IMG/VR virus record: IMGVR_UViG_3300032307_000723
Coordinates: 53,614 to 117,613 of that record
Length of the DNA stretch: 64,000 nt
From: a virus
Strand: one strand, 5' to 3'
The notes beneath the pieces were generated by a model that saw only the letters and a list, made by a program, of their open reading frames with translations, made no database searches and was not told the DNA's origin. This document shows, piece after piece, positions 56,372 through 64,000 of this stretch; the first letter of the stretch is position 1; each line of letters opens with the position of its first letter. A program made the translations under genes and the position numbers.

Positions 56372-56749
56372 ATGTGGAACGTAAATGTAACAATTAAGAA
56401 TAATACCGATTATACAATAACTACGGTAAATAATTATTCACCTCAAGAGGTGATACAACCTAACGGAGGTGAATTCAGTTGGAACACAACTGAACCAAAC
56501 AATTCAACATCGATTAGATTTTGGAAAGTTCCAAGTCAATGGTATATGCAAGGTGGTGTTAGTTTTGGTCCTGAAGCTGGTGTGTATGTTGACCGAGGGT
56601 GGATGTCAAGTGATGACCAAACAATTTCTATGACAGCAGTTGCAAATGGAAAAAGTTGGACCCAAACCTCTAATGGAGGTGAAACTCTTTTATCTTGGAA
56701 TGAGTTTGAACAAGGAGGTGACATTGAATTGACATTTGATAAAATATAA
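56372..56749 (+). CDS. Beta-rich hypothetical protein
   Basis: Start moved to ATG 56372 (MWNVNVTIKNNT). Confidence 0.68.
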   Translation: MWNVNVTIKNNTDYTITTVNNYSPQEVIQPNGGEFSWNTTEPNNSTSIRFWKVPSQWYMQGGVSFGPEAGVYVDRGWMSSDDQTISMTAVANGKSWTQTSNGGETLLSWNEFEQGGDIELTFDKI

Positions 56750-56811
56750 ATTGTATTAAGGTTTTAAATAACTAACTATTTTTTATTTTAATATTATGTT
56801 TATTATTAAGT

Positions 56812-56973
56812 ATGAGTGATACAGTAGGAACAATTTTAGTTGACGACACTAAAATAACGTTAAAACCTTTTGAAGGTAAGGAAGAAGTTTGGGAGGAATC
56901 CAAAGCTTTGATAAATGCCGTTGGAACCAAATTTATCTTTTTTGAAGGTAAAAAGTATTATCCGAAAAAATAA
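56812..56973 (+). CDS. Small hypothetical protein (53 aa, not in ORF track)
   Basis: MSDTVGTILVDD...; followed by a bidirectional terminator. Confidence 0.45.
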   Translation: MSDTVGTILVDDTKITLKPFEGKEEVWEESKALINAVGTKFIFFEGKKYYPKK

Positions 56974-57001
56974 TAAAACCCACCAATAGGTGGGTTTTTT
57001 A

Positions 57002-57400
57002 TTATAATTTAACCTCGAAACGTTTTTTCATTAAACCCAATTTGTCTTCCGGAACCCCGTGTTCATTAACACCACCGTGTCTGTTTTCTACGATAAGTGA
57101 ATGAACTCTGTATCCATATTTTTCAGCTAATTCAAAATAAGGTGTCATTTCCCACTCTTGAGTGAATGTGTTTGAAACTACAATTCGTTCATTTATTTTT
57201 GTTGCTAAATTTAAAATCATTGCGTTACTAACTTGTGTCTGACACCAACTATGTGCATCTCTTAATAACGTAACATCAAATTGATACTCACCATCTTTAA
57301 TAAAAAACATATCGGCTTCGTAATGAACTCCGCCGATTGATTTTGCCAATGTTGATTTACCACTTCCCGGTAATCCTCTTAATAGAAATAATTCTTTCAT
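57002..57400 (-). CDS. AAA_33-type P-loop kinase (polynucleotide kinase/N4BP2-like)
   Basis: LLRGLPGSGKSTLA, EADMFF, VVSNTFTQEWEM, HGVP. Confidence 0.85.
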   Translation of the reverse strand: MKELFLLRGLPGSGKSTLAKSIGGVHYEADMFFIKDGEYQFDVTLLRDAHSWCQTQVSNAMILNLATKINERIVVSNTFTQEWEMTPYFELAEKYGYRVHSLIVENRHGGVNEHGVPEDKLGLMKKRFEVKL

Positions 57401-57624
57401 TTTTTTACTTTAAACAATTCTTGCATCATTTTATTTGCCATTTCGGTCATATTATTCATTTCTTCTTTATTTCCGAAGTTAGGTACATTTCTCCAATCAG
57501 TGTTTAATTGAGTTGGAAAATTTTTAATTTTATTTTTATATTCCTTTACTAAATAAAGTGCTAAGATAAGAAAAGAAATTAAAATAACACAAAGAATTGT
57601 CAAAATTACATTTAAGTATATCAT
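57397..57624 (-). CDS. Small membrane-anchored protein
   Basis: N-terminal TM helix. Confidence 0.6.
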   Translation of the reverse strand: MIYLNVILTILCVILISFLILALYLVKEYKNKIKNFPTQLNTDWRNVPNFGNKEEMNNMTEMANKMMQELFKVKK

Positions 57625-57693
57625 ATTTTTTTTTAAGAATGATATTAAATAATCATTAATAAGTCAAATAAAGTTATTTGGGTATTTATAAGT

Positions 57694-58725
57694 ATGAAGT
57701 ATATTATCACGGAATCACAATATAAATTGTTAACTGAGGACTTGGGAGTTTCTCGTGCGTCAATTCCATTCACAAATTTAATTTACAATTTTGTAAGTGG
57801 AAAAGTTAAGAGTTTGTTGAATTCAAATAAAAAAATAGAAGAAACACTTAAATTATCTCTTAAAGATATTTTCCCAATTTATAAATCTAATTTGGAGGAT
57901 TTTATTGAATTACCTATTGAAGAAATTATAATTAAATTCTCTTTTGAGAGATTAGATGAAAATCCAATACCTGAAGGATTTCAAGTTTTAGCCTTTGCAG
58001 ATATGATTGACCATGGTTCATATATAAAAGAACCAAGCAAATATCTACCAAAAAAGTTTTCAGATGAGATTCACATGTCATTGGTTGCAGGTTTCGAATT
58101 CCAATTCATTATGAACAAAGATTTTGAAGATATTAATGAGATGTTGTATGATTTTAGGGATGCGGTATTACATGAGTTCAATCATATGTATGAATATTAT
58201 AATAGAGCGGTAAAAGGAGAGAAAGAATTGGACACCACCTTATCATTTATGAAAAAACCTTTTGAAATGATAGATACCGGAATTAATGAAGAAGTTCTTT
58301 CTGTGTGGAAACAATTTTTATCTTTATTATATATGTCTGAACCTTATGAGGTTAGAGCAATGTCTCAAGAAGCTTATAGTAAAAGATTAAGAATGCCGTT
58401 TGAAGAATTCAAAAATACAAAATATTGGCAATATTCCCAAGGGATGAAAAACTTTGAGGCTAACGACTATTATGAATATATCTTGGAACTTATTGAAGAT
58501 TTATCTCAAGAAGAACAAAATACCATTTTAGAAACACTTCACACTTATTTTATTGCATACTATGAATTTAGTAAAAAAACAGGTTACAACAATCCTTTAA
58601 ATAAAAAAATCATGAACACCAAAAATATCTTGGATATTATGAAATATTTCCAACCAATAATAAATAAAATGGGTGAAAAATTAAGAAGAAATTTCATTAG
58701 ATTATATTCGTTAAATCCTGAATAG
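57694..58725 (+). CDS. MKYIITE-leader protein with HExxH zincin motif
   Basis: MKYIITESQYKLLTE; AVLHEFNHMYE...EVRA. Confidence 0.68.
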   Translation: MKYIITESQYKLLTEDLGVSRASIPFTNLIYNFVSGKVKSLLNSNKKIEETLKLSLKDIFPIYKSNLEDFIELPIEEIIIKFSFERLDENPIPEGFQVLAFADMIDHGSYIKEPSKYLPKKFSDEIHMSLVAGFEFQFIMNKDFEDINEMLYDFRDAVLHEFNHMYEYYNRAVKGEKELDTTLSFMKKPFEMIDTGINEEVLSVWKQFLSLLYMSEPYEVRAMSQEAYSKRLRMPFEEFKNTKYWQYSQGMKNFEANDYYEYILELIEDLSQEEQNTILETLHTYFIAYYEFSKKTGYNNPLNKKIMNTKNILDIMKYFQPIINKMGEKLRRNFIRLYSLNPE

Positions 58726-58726
58726 T

Positions 58727-58993
58727 ATGGATGTCATTATTAGTGAAAAACAAAAAGAAAGAATAATATCCACAATTAAAGAAATAGTTGAAGATATTAA
58801 AGTCCCATTGGCGATAAAAGTTGAAGTTATATTTTCATCGACGGGTTCCATATATGTTTTAATTCCATTAAAAAATTATCTAATGAGTAAATCAAAAACA
58901 AAATACCAATTATTAATTCGTAATAAAATAAAAAATTATATTGGTTTAGACGTTGAGGTTATAATGATGGAGAAATCAGACATTGATTATTAA
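58727..58993 (+). CDS. VIISE-leader protein
   Basis: MDVIISEKQKERII. Confidence 0.62.
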   Translation: MDVIISEKQKERIISTIKEIVEDIKVPLAIKVEVIFSSTGSIYVLIPLKNYLMSKSKTKYQLLIRNKIKNYIGLDVEVIMMEKSDIDY

Positions 58994-59038
58994 TTGACAA
59001 TATAAAATACTTTTCATATATTTTACAAAAAATAACAT

Positions 59039-59473
59039 ATGACTAAAGTAAAATTTTCTACAGACAAAGGTGACATGATTGCCGAACTATACGATAATGA
59101 AACTCCAATTACCGTAAAAAACTTTAAAGACCTTATTGAAAAAAAATTCTATGATGGATTAAATTTTCATAGAGTTATCCCTAATTTTGTAATCCAAGGA
59201 GGATGTCCAAACGGAACCGGTAGTGGTGGTCCGGGATATAATATCCCTTGTGAGGTTACTTCATCAAACCAATTCCACGATAGAGGAGTATTATCTATGG
59301 CACATGCCGGAAGAAATACAGGTGGCTCACAATTCTTTATTTGTCATAATAGACAAGGTACTCAACACTTAGATGGTAACCATACTTGTTTTGGACGAGT
59401 AACTGAAGGGTTAGAAATTGTTGATTTAATTCAACAAGGAGATAAAATCAACTCAATTACCATATTAAATTAA
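59039..59473 (+). CDS. Cyclophilin-type peptidyl-prolyl cis-trans isomerase
   Basis: FYDGLNFHRVIPNFVIQGG, LSMAHAGRNTGGSQFFI, HLDGNHTCFG. Confidence 0.95.
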   Translation: MTKVKFSTDKGDMIAELYDNETPITVKNFKDLIEKKFYDGLNFHRVIPNFVIQGGCPNGTGSGGPGYNIPCEVTSSNQFHDRGVLSMAHAGRNTGGSQFFICHNRQGTQHLDGNHTCFGRVTEGLEIVDLIQQGDKINSITILN

Positions 59474-59528
59474 AAAAACCCCCGTATGGGGGTTTTGTTA
59501 TATTTATATAATAAAACTATTTATAGAT

Positions 59529-60254
59529 ATGGGAAAAAAATATACAGTCAGGTTAACTGAGCAAGACTTAATTGATTTAATTTCAAAACAAGTAACAGGT
59601 AAAGGTACTGACGACATCATTAAAGATTATGTGGGTAAAATATTGAATATTAAATCACCTACTTCTACAGATTCGACCAATAATGACGATAAAACGGATT
59701 CTACTTCCCCAATAATTAAAAATTCCGGTGATTTTACTCAATTGGATTTAAACACCACTGAAGGATATAACGCATATAAAGATATTTCAGATAAATTTAT
59801 AAATGGTCGTTCATCAAATTTATTAGGTATTGATGGTGATATGTTAGCGAACGCTGCAAAACAATCATATAATAAATTTAAATCATATGTTCCACCCGAA
59901 TTGGCGTTAGCTCAATTAACTGCTGAAGGTGGTTTTTCTAACAATCCGAAAGCAAGACCAATTAGAACTAAAAATCCTTTTAACGTTGGAAATGTTGATA
60001 GTGGAAAAAATGTTAGTCATGGGTCGGTTCAAAGTGGTATTCAATCATATTACGATTTAATGGCTAGAAATTATCTATCAGCAGGTAAAAGTGCTTCAGA
60101 CTTAATTAATAATTTTGTAAATACTAAAGGTCAAAGATACGCTTCAAGTAAAGATTATGAGAATATGGTTAAGAAAGTGTCTTCTCAGGTAAATCAAATG
60201 TCACAACCAATTTACGCAGCATTAGGGGACAAAGGTCAAACAGGTTTAGTGTAA
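59529..60254 (+). CDS. VRLTEQDL-leader protein with lysozyme/glucosaminidase-like C-terminal domain
   Basis: PPELALAQLTAEGG...NPFNVG...RYASSKDYE. Confidence 0.6.
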   Translation: MGKKYTVRLTEQDLIDLISKQVTGKGTDDIIKDYVGKILNIKSPTSTDSTNNDDKTDSTSPIIKNSGDFTQLDLNTTEGYNAYKDISDKFINGRSSNLLGIDGDMLANAAKQSYNKFKSYVPPELALAQLTAEGGFSNNPKARPIRTKNPFNVGNVDSGKNVSHGSVQSGIQSYYDLMARNYLSAGKSASDLINNFVNTKGQRYASSKDYENMVKKVSSQVNQMSQPIYAALGDKGQTGLV

Positions 60255-60255
60255 T

Positions 60256-60525
60256 ATGAAAAAGGATAGTAAAAAAGTTGAAAAACTATTGGATGCTTTT
60301 TTTGCTAATAGTACTGTTCATTCACAACCTGTACTTAATATAATAAAAGAAATGAGGTCAACTTATGATGGCGATTATCCTTATTTTGAATTGGTTTATG
60401 ATGCCAGTAATTACAACAACGGAAATGAAATGGATAAATTAATTGAGTCAGTTACCGGATATACCGGATTAAGAGAAGGTCGTGACTATTGGTTAGGAGT
60501 GACTTGGCAATATTTAGAAGTTTAA
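60256..60525 (+). CDS. Hypothetical protein
   Basis: 89 aa coupled ORF. Confidence 0.65.
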   Translation: MKKDSKKVEKLLDAFFANSTVHSQPVLNIIKEMRSTYDGDYPYFELVYDASNYNNGNEMDKLIESVTGYTGLREGRDYWLGVTWQYLEV

Positions 60526-60526
60526 A

Positions 60527-60859
60527 ATGATAGAGAATACCCAAATAAAAGGACTTGAGAAATTACTTAATAGTGATGTTATTAAACGCATCTACCCTAT
60601 TGTTGGCGAAATTGAAGTCCATAATAGTGATAACCCTTTTGATGTTCTTGAAAATACATTACACTTAAATATTTATTTGAACGAACCGATAGAACATGGA
60701 GATGACTTATGGAACAATCACCAATTTGATGAACACTGGATGGTTGACCATCATGTAAGAAGATTACTACCTTATCTTGGTATCGATAACGATAAGACAT
60801 CAATAAGGTTTAGTGTGTACGATACAAATATGGATATGATTAAAACTAACGATTTTTAA
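60527..60859 (+). CDS. Hypothetical protein
   Basis: 110 aa coupled ORF; partly similar to 39812-40201 (YP.I.EIEV...LNIYL...W). Confidence 0.65.
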   Translation: MIENTQIKGLEKLLNSDVIKRIYPIVGEIEVHNSDNPFDVLENTLHLNIYLNEPIEHGDDLWNNHQFDEHWMVDHHVRRLLPYLGIDNDKTSIRFSVYDTNMDMIKTNDF

Positions 60860-60860
60860 T

Positions 60861-61058
60861 ATGGATTTTTTAAAATTTGCGATAGTTTGGATGGGTTCCA
60901 ATTTAGCGGTTCCATTTTGGGTTGTTGGACATGTTCATTTAACCGTGAATGTTTATGAAGATATCCATGAAATAATCGCATCATTCGGAATGAATATTTT
61001 GGTTTTGGTTGCTTTTTGGTTGGAATGGAAAAAACATAAAAAAGAAACAAAAGAGTAG
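60861..61058 (+). CDS. Small membrane protein
   Basis: Two hydrophobic segments. Confidence 0.6.
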   Translation: MDFLKFAIVWMGSNLAVPFWVVGHVHLTVNVYEDIHEIIASFGMNILVLVAFWLEWKKHKKETKE

Positions 61059-61105
61059 TTACAATCCAAAAAAAAATAATACATTTAATAAAAACACAAG
61101 ATATT

Positions 61106-61294
61106 ATGAATTTAACTCAAGATGAAAAAGCAAGATTGTATAATGATATGATAATGAGATATCAAAGAATGCAAGAAGAGGTAAGACAAATTAAAGCTGA
61201 AAATTTTGAGGTTTCAGATGCGGACCAACAAAAAATCAATTTAATTGAAGCTAAAATGAAAAAACTCTTTAATGATTCACAAAAATTATATTAA
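61106..61294 (+). CDS. Small coiled-coil protein
   Basis: 62 aa followed by a bidirectional terminator. Confidence 0.65.
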   Translation: MNLTQDEKARLYNDMIMRYQRMQEEVRQIKAENFEVSDADQQKINLIEAKMKKLFNDSQKLY

Positions 61295-61321
61295 TAAAAA
61301 AACCCTCCGAAGAGGGTTTTT

Positions 61322-61963
61322 TTATTTTACGTTGAATTTAAAACCGGTTAATTTTTCAATAACCTCTAATTTAACTAAATTATTTTCAATCCCATCCGGT
61401 TTGGTTGTTGTGTTATCAAAAAGATATGAGTAATAGGTGTTACTTTTTTTGATATAAATTACTTTCCAACATTGTTTTGGAACGGCAACTCGACCTATCC
61501 TTTTAATTTCGCCAACATTACCACACCAAACTTTAATACTATCTTGTTCGGTTGCTAACTTACGAGTTAATGTTTCTAATGATTTCCAATCACCGGCATT
61601 TAATGAATGGTATTGTGCTGACATATTTGAAAAGTAAAAACATTCATCTTGTACTTGTGGGGTTTGACAAAGATTATCTGCGGCAGGCATCATATGTCCA
61701 CGGTCAGTACCACTACCTACATAATCTTTTAATAAGTCCGTTTCTTTTAGTAATTGAGGGTCCGGTTTAAAATTATCTTTTCGTTTAAGTGGTGTTTTAC
61801 AAGTAACCATAGACTTTGTTGTCCACCACTCAACTAAGACCGGATAATGTTTAGTTTTACTAAATACTGTTGTATAATTAGTATGTTTGATTCTAATAGT
61901 GTCTTGACTAAATAACACTGAAGACATTAGAATAAATCCTAAAGTTAAAATTATTTTTCTCAT
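61322..61963 (-). CDS. DNA/RNA non-specific endonuclease (NucA-like) with signal peptide
   Basis: DRGHMMPA, FYFSNMSAQ, LNAGDWKSLE; N-terminal MRKIILTLGFILMSSVLFSQ. Confidence 0.9.
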   Translation of the reverse strand: MRKIILTLGFILMSSVLFSQDTIRIKHTNYTTVFSKTKHYPVLVEWWTTKSMVTCKTPLKRKDNFKPDPQLLKETDLLKDYVGSGTDRGHMMPAADNLCQTPQVQDECFYFSNMSAQYHSLNAGDWKSLETLTRKLATEQDSIKVWCGNVGEIKRIGRVAVPKQCWKVIYIKKSNTYYSYLFDNTTTKPDGIENNLVKLEVIEKLTGFKFNVK

Positions 61964-61980
61964 ATCAATAAATACTTAAT

Positions 61981-62700
61981 ATGAATATTTCTCACAAATA
62001 TAAAACAATTTGGTGGGCACCTGAAAGGTGTGGTACTAAAGCAACCGCTCATATCTTAAGACACTTCCATTTTGAATATATTACAAAGTATTATGATTCA
62101 AAAACCCCAACTAGTTATCAATCTCATGAAATTTCACTTCCAAATGAAGAATATAGTGATTATCAAGTAATTTGTAGTATTAGAAATCCATATGACAGAA
62201 TGTTAGGACTTTTTTTAAATTTTGCAAGTCTTGGTGCATCATCTGTGTATGACAAATATAATCATCAACAAACAATGTATAATTTTTCAAAATTTATTGA
62301 CGAATTGTTTAAAGTAAGAGAAATAATATTAAAATTAGAAAAACCTGTTAGTAATAAAGAATTTGTTATTAATCATTATATTTCTAAATATAATTTTGAT
62401 ATTACTATACCTAAACATTATATCCGTATGGAAAATATTGTTGAAGATATGGGTAAAATTGATTTTATTAATGAGAGTCAATTGTGGTCTTCAGATTATA
62501 TTAAAAATTATTTAATAAAAAATGAACATATAACCACACACCCATATAAATTTAATTCAATTTACACATTTGAAACTGCAAAAAAAGTGTATGACTATTA
62601 TAAACAATTTTTCTTAGTATTAGGTTATGACCCATTTTCATTTACAACTGAAGAATTAACTAATGAACAAAAAATAGATTTTCTACATGGAATATTATAA
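61981..62700 (+). CDS. Sulfotransferase family 2-like protein
   Basis: APERCGTKA (PAPS 5'-loop-like), SIRNPYDR, IRMENI. Confidence 0.68.
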   Translation: MNISHKYKTIWWAPERCGTKATAHILRHFHFEYITKYYDSKTPTSYQSHEISLPNEEYSDYQVICSIRNPYDRMLGLFLNFASLGASSVYDKYNHQQTMYNFSKFIDELFKVREIILKLEKPVSNKEFVINHYISKYNFDITIPKHYIRMENIVEDMGKIDFINESQLWSSDYIKNYLIKNEHITTHPYKFNSIYTFETAKKVYDYYKQFFLVLGYDPFSFTTEELTNEQKIDFLHGIL

Positions 62701-62720
62701 TTATTGGTATATTTATAGAC

Positions 62721-63221
62721 ATGGGAACTAAAAGATTTACAATTACGGAATCAGAAATTGATTCAATCAAAAAACTTTACATGATTGAACAATCTGAAGA
62801 AAAAGAAGATAGAAAATTCTGCCACGGTGGAAATGTTAAAACATTAGATGATATTATGGGTGACGATGACTCAGAAGATTATATTGATGGTGTTACAATT
62901 AGAAGAAATGGTGTTAACGGATTAGTTGATATGCTTGAATTATTAAAAACTCTTAGATTACATCCAAAAGTTTCAGATGGTGGAGAACATTTAGCTTCTG
63001 AAATTATGAATCACCTAAAATCGTTCAAACCTTACAACTATTTTGATGAAACAAAAAAAGAGTGTAATAAAGCTATGGATAAAATCATTGAACTTTATAA
63101 AGAGAATGAACACGGTGAGGAGTTAGTTAAAGATATCGAAAAAGTTTATATGATGAATCACGTATCTCCAAGAGCAAAAGAATTCCTAAAACATGGTATT
63201 TCAATGATTAAAGGTCAATAA
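62721..63221 (+). CDS. FTITESE-leader protein
   Basis: MGTKRFTITESEIDSIKKLYMIEQ; TATTTAT upstream. Confidence 0.75.
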   Translation: MGTKRFTITESEIDSIKKLYMIEQSEEKEDRKFCHGGNVKTLDDIMGDDDSEDYIDGVTIRRNGVNGLVDMLELLKTLRLHPKVSDGGEHLASEIMNHLKSFKPYNYFDETKKECNKAMDKIIELYKENEHGEELVKDIEKVYMMNHVSPRAKEFLKHGISMIKGQ

Positions 63222-63281
63222 GTTGAACTTTCAAAAAATATAATTTATAATTAGTGTTCCAATTAGGGACACTTTTTTTTT

Positions 63282-63665
63282 ATGTCAACACAGTCACACA
63301 TCGATAAGGTAGAGTTAAAGGCGAATTTACTTTCGTACCCATCCCATGTAGGTGCCCCGAAGATAGATGTCCCCGATTTAACATCGTTTAAGAAAAACGG
63401 GACCGACCGGGTGAACAAAATTTATGACACAAAATATAAAGAACTAATTCGAGACGCAGAGAACCTTTATAATTCATTTATTCTTAACCAAGAGGTCTAT
63501 GAGTCATCTTATCGATTTGAACCCATTATTGGTCAAATTTACCACCTCTATGAAGATGTTAAAGGTAATAAGTTCTTATCTCTAATTGAACCCAATACGT
63601 GGAGACAGAAACATGTTTATTCTGTCATTTTAAATTCCGATATGACATGGACAAAGATAGAGTAA
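63282..63665 (+). CDS. DUF2452-like protein
   Basis: LLSYPSHVG...YRFEPIIGQIYHLY...FLSLIEP..W. Confidence 0.65.
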   Translation: MSTQSHIDKVELKANLLSYPSHVGAPKIDVPDLTSFKKNGTDRVNKIYDTKYKELIRDAENLYNSFILNQEVYESSYRFEPIIGQIYHLYEDVKGNKFLSLIEPNTWRQKHVYSVILNSDMTWTKIE

Positions 63666-63898
63666 GAAGATTATGTGAAAAGGTTTTGGATGTATCATAT
63701 AGTGGGGTTACAATATGTGATTTTGACATGACACCCACGTTTAAGTATGATGAAAGTTTAAGTAAGTGGGTTCCGGATTCATTTGCTTTGTTTGTCCAAA
63801 TTAAATCACCATTACCGAGAGAATCTCATAGACCAACAAATGTCCAAGAAACTTTGGAGGGTGTGTTAGGTTTTGAATGTTGTGTGGATTTTGCCTAA
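63647..63898 (+). CDS. Hypothetical protein
   Basis: Start moved to ATG 63647 (MDKDRVRRL). Confidence 0.55.
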   Translation: MDKDRVRRLCEKVLDVSYSGVTICDFDMTPTFKYDESLSKWVPDSFALFVQIKSPLPRESHRPTNVQETLEGVLGFECCVDFA

Positions 63899-64000
63899 CT
63901 AGTTCTAGTACTAGTGCTTATTTTTCTTTTTTAGTTTTTTATTATATTTTATTGTTATATTATTATTCTTTTAAGAATAATAATTATTCGCTTCCCGACC

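Noticed and set aside
1-64000. Stop-codon reassignment, as in some large Bacteroidota phages
   Set aside because: Conserved genes (smpB, glf, MTase, PPIase) are full length in code 11, and TAG and TGA terminate genes at coupled junctions or before terminators.
63890-64000. AT-rich tail with ACTAGT palindromes
   Set aside because: Short low-complexity intergenic sequence cut by the window edge; nothing can be supported.

Overview
AT-rich, gene-dense 64 kb segment that reads as an accessory region of a large tailed phage, probably infecting Bacteroidota. This is inference: the Bacteroidota primary-sigma -7 element TAnnTTTG recurs upstream of genes, genes are small and tightly packed, SmpB, CCA-adding enzyme, glf and PPIase occur without host operon context, and one ORF resembles a piece of a T4 gp23-type capsid protein. 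No core replication or morphogenesis module is in the window, and the standard genetic code fits. Recognisable genes: N4C/N6A DNA methyltransferase, ferritin-like, LysM, DHH, NUDIX, SmpB, 2OG-Fe(II) oxygenase, three GT2 glycosyltransferases, UDP-galactopyranose mutase, cytidylyltransferase, HD (SpoT-like) hydrolase, tRNA nucleotidyltransferase, SAM methyltransferase, cyclic-phosphate receiver domain, LpxH-like phosphoesterase, P-loop kinases, cyclophilin, NucA-like nuclease and a sulfotransferase-like protein. Main observations: (1) about 38 otherwise unrelated ORFs carry one of a few short N-terminal leaders rich in (I/L)-x-E motifs. These are conserved at protein level, coupled to a TATTTAT upstream motif, and suggest a modular capsid-targeting/cargo system. 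(2) A 5.5-7.3 kb RNA island holds a circularly permuted tRNA-like cloverleaf, two tRNA-like elements with aberrant anticodon arms and an ~880 nt GOLLD-like RNA, next to smpB. (3) An ~190 nt structured RNA with periodic 7-8 nt units lies behind a DIP1984-like gene. (4) Two intergenic repeat families cap gene ends. (5) A symmetric, motif-rich, gene-poor region at 38.4-41 kb may be an origin or terminus. (6) A stand-alone fragment homologous to a major capsid protein. All family assignments come from visual motif recognition; no database search or folding program was run.
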